A stretch of DNA of 63,137 nucleotides, filler included, from Octopus bimaculoides (GCF_001194135.2; 11 parts of 10 records of this genome joined end to end with filler, not necessarily neighbours in it), one strand, 5' to 3'; shown: positions 40,602-53,220, numbered from the whole stretch's first letter. Numbers and translations: made by a program. Notes: a model not told the origin generated them from the letters alone.

Positions 40602-40904
40602 AGACACACATACACAAATGTATATGTGTATGTTTGTGTATATGTGGGTGAAACCGCTGCAAACACATCAATTATTCAGTAGTTAAAGAACTTCTGATAA
40701 CTGAAGCAAATTTACTTCATTCTACTTAATATTTCTAATATGAAATGAAAGGTTACTACCCAAATATTCATACTAGAGATGGTGCAACGAATGAGCTTTC
40801 ACATTGTCGTCGAACTTCAACTTAAACTATGCCTTCTTACAATGAATGGACGTGTACAGCCTTTTGTGTGTACGTGCGCGTGTATGTGTGGGAATGTGTA
40901 CGTC

Positions 40905-40949
<45 letters not shown>

Positions 40950-40953
<4 letters not shown>

Positions 40954-41130
40954 TCTTTTACTTGTTTCAGTCATTTGACTGCGGCCATGCTGGAGCACCG
41001 CATTTAGTCGAAAGCGCTAAGTTACAAGGACATAAACACACCACATCGGACATGTTGGAGGGCAAACACTGACACACAAACACACACACACACACAGTTA
41101 TATATATATATATATATATATATATACGAC
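40950..41130 (-). mobile_element. SINE family A, partial
   Basis: ttttacttgtttcagtcatttgactgcggccatgctggagcaccg. Confidence 0.8.
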
Positions 41131-41149
41131 GGAATAATAATAATAATAG

Positions 41150-41750
41150 GAAGACAACTAACTTACCAACGTTTACGAACTTGCATCACCAAAAAGCAGA
41201 TGCTGATCGTCTGTACCAACCTAGAAGTAATGGGGGAAGGGGAATGATGCACGAAGAACTGTGCTATAAGACCTCCACAATAGCAATGAACAAGTATTTT
41301 TCTAGCACAGAGAACTGGATGTTGCGGCCTGTGTGAAAACACGAATGTAGTAAAAATCCCATTGCATTGAAACAGAAGCTTACAAATTCGCAAGGGAACT
41401 CGGCATTAACCCTTAACTAGATGAAGAACCTGAAAACATTGCCACAAAACAAGTAAAACAAATAGACAACAAAGAAGAACAGGAAGAAACAAATTGAGGA
41501 GCAGTGGAGCTAGAAGCCTCTGCATGGACAGTATATACTACGAAGCCAAAATGCTGGTGTAGACCAAGAAACAACCCATCAGTAGTTGAGAAGCTTAGGA
41601 CTGAATGCTGAGACTGAACTTTGCTTACCAAAGCTTGTTTACCAAAAATTATCAGGCTAACGTTCTGCAAAACAGTTCTGACCCTAAATGCAGGTTTTGC
41701 AATGAGTTTCATGTAACAATGGAACTTCTAGTCTCCGGATGGCCTGAAAT
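41150..41750 (+). mobile_element. R4/Dong-like non-LTR retrotransposon fragment
   Basis: HHQKADADRLY, LHGQYILRSQNAGVDQETTHQ*L..., YQANVLQN..DPKCRFC. Confidence 0.75.
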
Positions 41751-42004
41751 ATTGTGGGAAGAGGTAAGGAGATTAGATCGACACCAATGAATAATTGGTA
41801 CTTATAAAATCGAACCCGAAGTGGTAAAAGGTAAAGTGGACCTTGGTGCAATTTGAACTCGATATAACAACAACAATAATAACAAGTGCACTCAGAGAGC
41901 AAAAAACATTTACCAAGATGATTTTTAAAATGAGGATATCTGAAATAAACTTGACTGCTCTCATAAAAGAGAATACAAAAAATTAACCTAACCACTCTCA
42001 AAAT

Positions 42005-42205
42005 TTAAGTAAAAAGTCGGAAAAATAATGCAGAACCCTCTCCGGTACCGGATCGATTCCAAAATCTAATCAGTTCGTGCCAGTACGAGATCATGGATCT
42101 CTGAAAGTTTCGCCTGAAACCATCCAGCGGTTCTTGAGATATCTTATCCACGGTCAAACAAACAAATACATATAACTGAATACATCTCCGCTTTAGCGAA
42201 GTTGT

Positions 42206-42210
<5 letters not shown>
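42005..42210 (+). mobile_element. Helentron-associated (HINE/DINE-like) 3' end
   Basis: ccggatcgattccaaaatctaatcag...ttcttgagatatc...caaacaaacaa...ctccgctttagcgaag resembles HINE subterminal structure. Confidence 0.55.
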
Positions 42211-42256
<46 letters not shown>

Positions 42257-42469
42257 TAATAATAATAATAATAATAATAATGGTATGTCCCATTGAACCA
42301 GTGACTGTGGTTGTCATTGGTAATGTGAACCCTCCCTAATATGCGAAGAAATATTTGTTTCAACAGAGGTTCTCAGATCAAGAATTTTACAAATTATCGA
42401 ATACATATCTTTGTGTAACTGTATATGTAAGTATGTATGTATGTATGTACGTATGTATGTATGTATTTA

Positions 42470-42519
<50 letters not shown>

Positions 42520-42522
<3 letters not shown>

Positions 42523-42774
42523 TAGATTTAATCAAAAGATTAAATGTGGTACTTAAAATGTTTGAGGCACCAGAATTTGGTAGGATAAAAACCAAAAACA
42601 AAATCAAGAGATTTGGTGAATAAAATTTGAAGATCCATACCGGCCCATATATGAACACAAAAACAGGGAAAATATTCACCAATGCGAACATGAACTGCAA
42701 AAGTAGAAATCTAATCTGCTGCATCAAATGCCCTAATTGTGAAGAATTGGCCAGACAGGTAATGCACTATCGGG
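42520..42774 (+). mobile_element. Penelope fragment, start of the GIY-YIG region
   Basis: NMNCKSRNLICCIKCPNCEE corresponds to the NC.S.N.IY.I.C..C motif preceding YIG. Confidence 0.65.
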
Positions 42775-45101
42775 NNNNNNNNNNNNNNNNNNNNNNNNNN
42801 NNNNNNNNNNNNNNNNNNTTAATTAATTAANNNNNNNNNNNNNNNNNNNNNNNNNNNNNNNNNNNNNNNNNNNNTATATATATATATATATATATGCATG
42901 TGTGTGTATGTGTATGTGTCACATTTATGCACATAGAGTCATGCATACTCTCTCTCACACAGAAACAAATATTCATCTGTGTGTTTATATATAAACACAG
43001 ATATACATGTCTGTATTTATAACTATGTGTTCCTATCCTGCACTGAAGAAGATCAATTCTGCAAAGCACTGGGAATAACTCATTCTCTGAAAAAAGTTCG
43101 GAAATCTGTACGACCTTCTCATAAATATAAAACTACCATCTACACAGGAAAACACCAAACTCACAGCCAGGAACAAAGGTAGTTTTAACGTTTAAGGGAG
43201 CAAGAAATACGTATAACTACCTCCAGAAATGAGGTGTTTCTGCGTTAACTTTTGAAACACCTGCAACGAGGCAGCTCTATTTCATTTGTTGTATAGCGAA
43301 GCATACACACAAATCTCCCATTTTCACAGAAAACTCAGTCAAAAACATATGCAATATGCAACTCCGTTTCCACTCATGTGCAAGCGTCCTAGCACATTAC
43401 TTCTCCATAGTGCAGTTCTAAAGGAATTAAGTCACCACAACCAAGTAAAGCCACTCGCACTCATATTCAGCAATAGGTTTTTATCATGGGAAATTGAGAG
43501 GTTTTTAGCATTGGTCATTGTAGTTATTTATAACACACTCATAGTGTTATATTATCATGAATAACTTGTAATATATATATTTATTTCATCCACAGTTTAA
43601 ACAAAAAGTCAATTCTGGACAAACGTTGCGCGTTCATTCTGGATGTAATTTATTGCTAATTCCGGCTGACTATTAGCCATACAAACAGTCAGGGGATACC
43701 GGGAAAGACGTCACAAACTTATGGCAGACTTCCTTTAAGAAAAGTAAAGTTTCCATATAGATTTTTAGATAAGATGTGCAATGTATTCTCTAGATAGAAA
43801 GGCACAACCAACCGGATTTCCTACAAAATGTTACGATCCATTTCTCTCCTCCCAAAAATAAATACTACGTAAATTTGGTTTCAAAGAATCTAAGAAAAAT
43901 TACCATATATAAATCTTATATTCTCTGAATAAAGAATTTCACTCATTCTAAGCTCCTCTTTTCCTTTCGTTAGCATTACTCTCTCTGAATTTCAAATATC
44001 TTGCACTACTTGAATAAACGGGTTTTAACCATCACAAAATCAATCACATGTAAGAAAATAACAAAGAAATAATGTAGAGGAAAACATGCTAAACAAAATT
44101 CTTAAACGCTGAAAATTTGAAAGAAAGACTTTCCATTAGACGATGAAATTCGTAAACAGGTGATATAATAAGTTCTAGGATGACAAAGAATAGGTCCTGT
44201 GGTCGATTTGTTAGAATAAAAAAGGCAGTGCTCCAGCATTGCAGCAGTCAAATGACTGAAACAAAGTAAAGATAAAAGATAAAAGTAAGATCTCACAGCA
44301 ATCTTGGGAAATACTAAATCATTTTCTTTACATCAATATGTTAATTTAGTTTTTTTCTGACGTAGCATATCATTCATATGACTATCGAATTTATACAATT
44401 AATAAAACAAGCATAAAGCGATACGTTGTGTGGAACTGTCCGCGTGTTTAAGGTTCCTTCATTTCAGTTAAATACTGAAACTGATGGTGTTAATCGGTAT
44501 TGCCAGTGAATTTATTTAGTCAGTTCTTTCCTCAATTAAAGTCGCTGATAATAAGCTACGCACTAATTTTCATGCAACACTAAACACCCATACGTGAATT
44601 TCCATATTTAATAATATCAAATTTACTGGGTATTTTAGTCGCATAACCATTGACGTTTGGAGTCTGCTTCGATGAAGCATTTGGTTATAAAATTGCATTA
44701 CATCTTCCGGTAGATATAGACAAAATATTAACCAAGTGTATTTTTAAAAGAAATCATTCTCATATTGGCGATACATACATTCATACTTACACGCTGGCAC
44801 AACCTTCCCACATTCATGCACATATATATTTATGAGTGTACGTGCTTTCAAATAGTCACAGATTTAGTTATATGTTGAACTATAAGAATAATGGAGGAGG
44901 ATGCCTCAATATATAAATGCACAAAATGTGCTTTTAAGAAGTGCACGTACAATTAATTGACTAATAAGGAAGTGGGAAATCAAAATATTACTGCAAGCAT
45001 TATTAGTTGCACATTAATAGATTGATGTATGCACTCGCATACATACATTCACATACATGTGTATACATAAATATATATAGGAGTGTGTGCATGTACATAT
45101 G

Positions 45102-45148
<47 letters not shown>

Positions 45149-45249
45149 NNNNNNNNNNNNNNNNNNNNNNNNNNNNNNNNNNNNNNNNNNNNTTAATTAA
45201 TTAANNNNNNNNNNNNNNNNNNNNNNNNNNNNNNNNNNNNNNNNNNNNA

Positions 45250-45610
45250 TTGTCATAGGTGCCCTGGGAATGACAGCGAAACGGGCTGATTACTACCTAG
45301 CTCAGATACCAGGAAACCCCAAAATGGCTGAAGTCCAAAAGATAGTGCTCATGGGAACTGCCCATATCCTACGTAAAATACTGTCTATGTGATCTCAAAT
45401 TTTAAAGCAAACATAATTTTCTTATGGTTTCTTAAACATTCACTTGAACAAAACTGTACAAATCCAAATATATGGTACCCTAGGCATAACACCTACATGA
45501 ACTTCTAACTTGTTGTCTCTTGAGGTCTCTGGGTGAGACTTGGATCCAACTTGTACAAATGCAAAACAAAAGTCAAACATAAAATAATAATAATAATAAT
45601 AATAATAACA
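45250..45610 (+). mobile_element. R4/Dong-like element 3' end with UTR and (TAA)n tail
   Basis: VIGALGM...EVQKIVLMGTAHILRKILSM*, followed by about 200 nt of UTR and a TAA repeat. Confidence 0.85.
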
Positions 45611-45799
45611 ATTATGATAAAACCCAAACGAGCAAAAGGCAGTCAGAAAACTTCAGAGCTTGAAGATGTTGCGAAACAAAGTGCTGCAGGTTAAAAAAAA
45701 AACAAAAAAATAATAAATAAATAAACGGATGTAAGAATCTTCATCTGAAATGCTGATCTAACGTTTGTTTTTTTGTTTTTTTGTTCTTTTGTATTATTC

Positions 45800-46385
45800 T
45801 TCAACTTGTATCACAAATATTTCTGCCACTTCCTCTTCCGCATTTGGAAATGCACCAGAATTTGACATTGCAGAAACTGACGGCAGAGTGTGACAAGATA
45901 TTAGAATTAAGGCGTGACACAAGAATGTTTCTTTCTATGGAAAGAATGTTTTCATATAAGACCAGTGCAAAAAAAGTCGGAAGACAAATAAAGTTGCAAG
46001 AAAAATAGAAAAAGTATCGGGATGTAGACCCATATATGGCATGTAGTGGGATGCGCCTGAAAAAAGATTGTCCGTATAAAAAAAAGCAGTGTTTTCGCTG
46101 CGGGTTTACAGGACATATAAAATCGCACTGCAAAGCTAGAATGATAGGAAATTGGAACAAACAAGAAAAAATAAATAGTGTGTCAGCAGGGAAAGTTGTG
46201 ACAACAACAAACTGAACATTCGTGAGTGTGAAAATTGAAAACACTAGTATCACAATGCAAGTAGACACGGGAAGTGATATCACAGTTATGAACGAGAAAA
46301 CACGGGAACAAATGTGTAAACCAAAATTATGTAGTCCAAACAAAATAGCGTACGGTGTTACAAGAAGAAAGCTATGTTTAACGGA
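45800..46385 (+). mobile_element. Gypsy/Ty3 LTR retrotransposon gag-protease fragment
   Basis: CCHC knuckle CFRCGFTGHIKSHC followed by the aspartic protease active site MQVDTGSDIT. No LTR is seen. Confidence 0.85.
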
Positions 46386-46389
46386 CAAT

Positions 46390-46630
46390 AATTTCGGGGA
46401 GCCAGTTGATTAGATCGACCCCAGTACGTAACTGGTACTTAGTTTATCAACCCTGATGGTGTCGATAAATAGTGGGGTAGTGTTTAACTGGTATTTATTT
46501 TATCGACCCCGAAAGGAAGAAATGCAAGGCAAGTCGACCCCTGTGGCATTTAAACTTAGAATTTAAAGTTGCAATAAATACCATTAAACATTTTTCCCGC
46601 CGAGGTAACGATTTTACCAGCTCACCGCTT
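46390..46630 (-). mobile_element. SINE family B
   Basis: gattagatcgaccccagtacgtaactggtac...tttatcgaccccgaaagg. Confidence 0.8.
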
Positions 46631-46807
46631 TCATAATTATAAATAAATAATAATAAAAATATTGGTTTGGCTATTGTTTCTAGCAGGTCTATTGACCTAA
46701 GTGAGATGTGGGAAGACACGGTCTTTTTGTAATGCTCTTCCTGCAAAGTTTTAACGACGATAGAAAGGCATTTCAGACGGGAATCAAAACAATCACCATT
46801 CACTCAC

Positions 46808-46842
46808 CTCTCCCATTAATAATTCATGTATTGTCTCTGAAT
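46808..46842 (-). CDS. Candidate 35-nt micro-exon (phase 1 to 0)
   Basis: Strong acceptor tattttgctcttatttctaacag| and consensus donor gag|GTGAGT. Only one frame is open: (D)SETIHELLMGE. Confidence 0.5.
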
Positions 46843-47799
46843 CTGTTAGAAATAAGAGCAAAATATACCTCCAGATCATATCCTACACCATTGAAAACCT
46901 CAAGAGAGATTTTCTTGATTGATCTAATCGGAGAAACAGGGTAGAATAATCACGACAAGGCAGCTTTCCTTCTTTGGTTTACGGGACTAGAACTGACTAG
47001 AGGCTAAACAACACCAACAAGAAAAAAATAACTTTTACATCCATACAAAGACTTCCTCTTTACGTTTTCAATTTTAGCATTTCCACCCTATTACAACAAC
47101 TTGAAATATTCCGCCCTTTTCCAATTTGAAATATTCCACCATTACATCAGTTTAACTTTCATTCCTTCTCCTCTAACACCCAGCCACTCTCATTCCAGTA
47201 CACACATCATAATATCTCTACTGTTTTCCGTCCTCTCGCATACTTCACTCCTGCACACTTCGGTGACTTTCCTATACGCAAACACACACTTCACTGTTTG
47301 TCCTACACACACACACACACACACACAAACACAGACACACACACACACACGCACACACACACACACACACACACACCTTTTAGTCCTATACACTCCACAA
47401 TCCTTCACTCGTACTTCTCCACATCCTCCTTTACTCAACTGACCGATGGAAAAAAGGGAAGGAGTGCTACCTCTTCCTACAAAAACCCTAAATACACAGA
47501 AACACTTTTCTCGATTGCTTAAAAAACAAAACAAAAAAAAACTCTAATGGCCGAGGGAAAATACCTCACAGGAGCGTCCTGCTTGCTAAGTATACAAAGG
47601 CAACAGTGTCTCACACATATGATAAAACAAGTTGAATAACTTATCCATGCAATCAGCAGATAAAAAAAATCCTTCTAGGAGTGTTTAAAATCGAGTAAGC
47701 TAGCAAAAGAGATACCTCGATGCAGATCAGCTTTGAAGGTTCTGGAAATTGAAGATTTGGCAAAATAGTGACGTTACAGAGGTGGGCGAAAGCAAGGCG

Positions 47800-48010
47800 G
47801 GGGAGATGGCAGAAACGTTAGCACGCCGAGCGAAATGCATAGCAATATTTCGTCTGCTTTTACGTTTTGAGTTCAAATTCCACCGAGGTCGTCTTTGCCT
47901 TTCATCCTTTCGGGGTCGATAAATTAAGCACCAGTTGCGTACTGAGGTCGATCTAATCGACTGGACACCTCCCCCAAAATTTCGGGCCTTGTGCTTAGAG
48001 TAGAAAAGAA
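47800..48010 (+). mobile_element. SINE family B, well preserved
   Basis: Head ggcggggagatggcagaaacgttagc (A box), gagttcaaattcc (B box), and the family tail. Confidence 0.9.
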
Positions 48011-48527
48011 AAGATGGGAGTGAAAGCTATCTTTAAACAAATTGGTGAAAGTAAAGGACATGTTTCAGACGTATTAGATGTTTTCAGCAAAACATGAAAT
48101 TGACCAGTGATCTCAGCTTCGCTGATGATGTGAAATAAGACCCAAACATGTCTCTTGTGTTCTCATCGAATGAATAATCTCGGTTTACCGATATTTTTCT
48201 ACTCATTATATTACACTACACTAGCTGACCCTGTACCATCAAAAAGGACGGCTAATTGTAGTATTTTATATATAGATAAGGTATAAAATAAGGCAATAAT
48301 AATCACATATAAAAGTATTCATATACTTCCCTTGTACTCGCAAACGCATACGTACATATACTCAAACAGAGTTGAAATGCTGTTTGATTTTTCATTTCAG
48401 AGTTGAACGTTCATCAACGTGTCTGTGGAGTGCTCAACCACTTGCACGTTAATTTCACGAGCAGGCTGTTCCGTTGATCGGATCAGCTGGAACCATCGAC
48501 CTCGTCAGCGACGGAGTGCCAACAACA

Positions 48528-48600
<73 letters not shown>

Positions 48601-48789
48601 TATATGAATGTACGTATTAATTCACTCATATATACATGAAAAACTAAAATCCCCCAAACAACAAGGTACCACATTCACACCCAAACGCACCCATCCACAC
48701 ATGTTGTGCACGCTCACTCACACACATACACACGTACATGCATACACCAACGCAGACAACTGCATATTGTTTTCTCTACTATAATCATT

Positions 48790-48998
48790 GTTGTTGTTGT
48801 TGTTGTTGTTGGTGTTGCTGTTGTTGTTGTTGTTGTTGTTGTTCTTCTTCTTCTTCTTCTTCTTCTTCTTCTTCTTCTTCTTCTTCTTTGTCATTCTGCT
48901 GCTGCGGTTCGTCAATTCTGTCAACATCATGCACACACACTCACACACACACACGCATCTGATGCATATCCTGCTTGCAGTCGGTGATAACACAAAAA

Positions 48999-49072
<74 letters not shown>

Positions 49073-49217
49073 GTCGTGACAGTCAGTCCAGGCACTCAGA
49101 CATCAACATTCCTACTGTCCGGCTTCGCTTCACCCACTGCTGTTTGACGTCACAAGCAGTCTGCATATGATGCAACACTGAACACTGAAAATGTTGCGTC
49201 AGAGCACCCTGAACTTG

Positions 49218-49266
<49 letters not shown>

Positions 49267-49288
49267 GCTACTGCTGCTGCTGCTGCTG

Positions 49289-49342
<54 letters not shown>

Positions 49343-49820
49343 TTGCCACCACCACCACTATTACCACAGGAATTCTCCGTACTAGAAAAGCTGTACGGCC
49401 ACTATCATCATCATCGTCACCAACACCACAGTTACCTCCACTGCTACTAATACTACCAATACCAACTCCACCGACAACAACAACAACAACAATAACATTA
49501 CTGCCAATATCACCATCACCACCATCACCACTACAACCATCACCATTACTACCAGAAAGATATCACAACCATTACCATCCCCTACCCCACGACGACGACA
49601 ACGACGGCCACTACCATCACCATCACCACCAATACCACCACTACCACCACCAACACCACCACTACCACTATCACCACCACCACTACCACTATCACCGTCA
49701 CCATCACCACGACCATAACAACATCGATCGTTACCCCACCACCACCACCATCATCATCACCACCACGATGACGATGATGACGGCGACGACGACGACGACG
49801 ACCACCACCACCACCACCAC
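48790..49820. repeat. Cluster of trinucleotide microsatellites (GTT, CTT, TAC, CAC/CAT, GAC)
   Basis: Directly visible. Explains the homopolymer ORFs in this region. Confidence 0.95.
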
Positions 49821-50018
49821 CTCTCATTTCAAGAGATCCTTGTCGTAGGCTAACCATGCTGCTACATAACACATATTGTCAAAGAACTTTTGGATTTGCC
49901 TGGAATTGTCACAATATATCCGATTCCCTAAACTGTGAGCGTTGATTCCACAAATGTCATTAGTTTTTCTCTCTCGTAAACAGTTCCGACCATTTTTTTT
50001 CTTTTTTGCTGCTAACAG

Positions 50019-50060
50019 GCGACGCGGTTTGAACTTAGAATGCACATCCGAAATTATGCC
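50019..50060 (+). CDS. Candidate 42-nt symmetric exon
   Basis: Strong acceptor ttttttttcttttttgctgctaacag| and donor gcc|GTAAGG. Open as ATRFELRMHIRNYA or RRGLNLECTSEIM. Confidence 0.3.
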
Positions 50061-50339
50061 GTAAGGGATCTCTAACAACACTCACACACTCACTTACGCA
50101 CACTCTCTCACACGCTCTTACTCCACACACACACTGTCTCTCCGCATTGACTTACGTATCGAGAATCATATTTTTACCTACTAAAATCATATTTTCTTCT
50201 TTCATATTGTTTTCTAGAGCTGTGAAGCTTCTCTTTGTAAATGAAGATTGCTAAAGCCGGGAAATAGCTTGATTAAACGCCACAGCTACGCTTACAAGAA
50301 TAAAAGGAATGGATAAAGTTCCTTCCCAAGCAGTGTACT

Positions 50340-50555
50340 CTAATGGGGCCGGTTTACCGGTTTCTGTAGCGTATATATCCCCACCCAACTGAACGAGAAA
50401 CGCCGGACCGTCTCAGAGACACTCACTTTTGGCAGCTGAGTGGACTGGAGCAACGTAAAATGAAGTGTTTTGCTCAACGGCTCAGCGCATCGCCAGGTCC
50501 GGAAATCGAGACCACAATCTCTCGATCATTAGCTACTAACCCACGCACCTCTACG
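50340..50555 (-). mobile_element. SINE family C
   Basis: Homologous to 16355-16545. Confidence 0.7.
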
Positions 50556-50659
50556 GTTGCCCCTAATGCAGGTACGAAGATCTACATATTACAGGCGAAT
50601 ATCATGATGCTTTACCTGGAGTTACAGTATGATATGGCTTATAGTCAAAAGTATTAATT

Positions 50660-51170
50660 GGACCATTCTTTTTTTTACGTGGCTGGTCCTATTTACACGA
50701 ACGTTGTATGACAATGTGTCAGGCCAAACATTCAAGAGAACTGAAGACTTGGGGTTTTATTGCTAGCAAGTTGGGATAGCCCGGCATTAACAAAGGCCTG
50801 CTTTGGTGAGACTTTGCCAAGCAATTGGATTAAATGAGGAGGTCGAACAGAATACACTATGGGTTCTCTGGATCTCAAACCATTAGACATTTCTTTTTGG
50901 AGGTATTTAAAAAATGAATGTTTGCGATGCAAAACCGACAACAGTCGACCAATTGTAGGTTGTCATTGAACAAGAATGCGCACAAATACCGAACGAAATG
51001 TTTCTTGGTGTTTAGGATTCCATTGCTTTGCCTTATCAGCAGTGCCTCTACCAGAACGGTCATCAGTTTGGAAACAGGCGTTCATGAAAAAATTAAATTC
51101 TCAATGTAGATTGTATTAAATTTTGAAAATGAAATGCATTTTAATAAACACTGAGTTTATTATCATTCAA
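50660..51170 (+). mobile_element. Tc1/mariner-superfamily transposase C-terminal fragment
   Basis: GSLDLKPLDISFWRYLKN...IEQECAQIPNEM...QQCLYQNGHQF resembles SPDL.PLDFF.WGYLK...C...NG.QFE. Confidence 0.75.
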
Positions 51171-51365
51171 TGTATGTATATATATGTTATGGTTCATTCT
51201 CATTATATGTACACATCATAAGCATACAGACACATGTGTGTGTGGGTGTGTGGGTGTGTATGTAGGTGTGTGTATGAAAATACATATATACACAGACGGG
51301 GACATACGCACATAGACACTTACGTACATATATATATATGTATATATATATATATGTGTGTGTGT

Positions 51366-51460
<95 letters not shown>

Positions 51461-51713
51461 CGTTTGTCTTTGTGTCTCTGTTTGTCCCACACCACCGTTT
51501 GACAACAGATGTTGGTGCGTTTACCTCTCCGTAATTAAGTGGTTCGACAAAGAGACCGATAGAATACGTACCAGGGTTAAGAAGAAAATAATTACAGGGG
51601 TCAGTAATTATTTTCTAAGATGCCTCAAAACAGATAAAAATATAGCTTGACAAATAGAGTATTAATTTAACGCTTATACACGCACACACACACACACACA
51701 CACACAGACACAG

Positions 51714-51747
<34 letters not shown>

Positions 51748-52384
51748 GCACACGCACACACACATGCACACTCACAGAGACATTCGCACACACACAAACA
51801 CCACACATCATTTATATATATATATGTTTATATATAGAGAAAGGGAGTGTGAATGAGAGAGAGNNNNNNNNNNACACACACAAACACCACACATCATTTA
51901 TATATATATATGTTTATATATAGAGAAAGGGAGTGTGAATGAGAGAGAGAGAAAGTGAGTGAAAGAGAGAGAGATGTGAGTGTGTGTGTGTGTCTGTGTG
52001 CCCGTTTGTCTGTGTGTATTCCTATGTATACATATGTATTTTGCTCTGAGGGCCGGTGTGTTTTATACTGTTAAATTTCCTTTTAATCTTTACTAAATCG
52101 CAAGGAAGGATATTTCCAGGGGGTGGGGATTGCAGAGGGCTGACATTTGGGTATGAAACGGCAAGAGGTAATCGCTACAGCAGTGTTCTGAGAGTGTTTA
52201 ATAAAAGAAAAAAAAAGCGAAATCAATATTTTCCTAAATATGCACTTTAGTGAAACGCGTTGCGTAATCTTTTATTTTGATGTAAAATAGATTTTAATAT
52301 AACATAAAAAAAAACAAGCACATATACATTTCGGTGAAATATATAGGTGCGTGTATGTACGGTTATCTACGTATACACATACAC

Positions 52385-52427
<43 letters not shown>

Positions 52428-52651
52428 TATATACATACATGCATATATAGACACACATACGTATATACATATTATATGCATAGATATATATATGTATGTT
52501 TGTACCTATATATATGTACAAGTATCTGTGTTTATGTATATATATATATATNNNNNNNNNNNNNNNNNNNNNNNNNNNNNNNNNNNNNNNNNNNNTTAAT
52601 TAATTAANNNNNNNNNNNNNNNNNNNNNNNNNNNNNNNNNNNNNNNNNNNN

Positions 52652-52870
52652 GATCCACATTATTTAACATTTGATGGTCAGATGATACATTTCATGGGAA
52701 CGTGTAAATATACTCTTGCATCAACAACTAAAGGCTCCTCATTGATGGAATTCAGTGTAGAAGTGAAGAATGAACATCGCAGGAATAACATGAAGGTTTC
52801 GTACACTCGCCTGGTTGATGTTAAAGTGAATGGTGTAACACTTCGCTTGTTACCAAATCACAAAGTTTCG
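52652..52870 (+). CDS. von Willebrand factor type D domain exon (FCGBP/zonadhesin/tectorin/mucin-like); 5' part hidden in the gap
   Basis: DPHYLTFDGQMIHFMGTCKYTLAS...FSVEVKNEHRRNNMKVSYTRLVDVKVNGVTLRLLPNHKVS contains the (G)DPHY.TFDG...F.G.C.Y.L signature and ends at a phase-0 donor tcg|GTAAGT. Confidence 0.93.
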
Positions 52871-53124
52871 GTAAGTAGAATTTATATATTTGTTAGTTGA
52901 ACGTCAAATTAAAGGAAGTAAATCAGCAAACTACTTAAGCGGAAGGAAAAGGAGGGAAATGAGTGGTAAATATGTGTTAAGATCTATTGAGGACAAATTG
53001 AAGCCAACAGTTGCTGATATTATAAATTATGAGTAATCTCATTCTAAATGCTCAAACTCTGAGATAAAGCAATTGTTTTAAATTTCAGTAAACATTTGAA
53101 ATCTTTACTCACATTAAAGATAAC

Positions 53125-53220
53125 CTATTTCAATTTAGAATACTGTTCGTCCAAATAAAGGGCGTAACGTTCGAATTCTTTCATAAATTTGGTCTGTTGC
53201 ATCAGTGCTAGCGGAAATGA
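53125..53220 (-). CDS. Weak candidate minus-strand exon
   Basis: Good acceptor tgtgtattttcag|. Frames give SFPLALMQQTKFMKEFERYALYLDEQYSKLK* or (V)ISASTDATDQIYERIRTLRPLFGRTVF*. A donor aat|GTGAGT lies at 53112, beyond both stops. Confidence 0.25.
   Translation of the reverse strand, partial: SFPLALMQQTKFMKEFERYALYLDEQYSKLK

Noticed and set aside
41160-41170. Consensus minus-strand donor (acttac)
   Set aside because: Lies within an R4/Dong-like fragment, with no matching acceptor or open exon.
48706-49872. Poly-Tyr/Val/Leu/Lys/Cys ORFs
   Set aside because: Trinucleotide microsatellites with no splice or domain support.
51789-51950. About 75-bp direct repeat either side of a 10-N gap
   Set aside because: An unmerged contig overlap; an assembly artefact.
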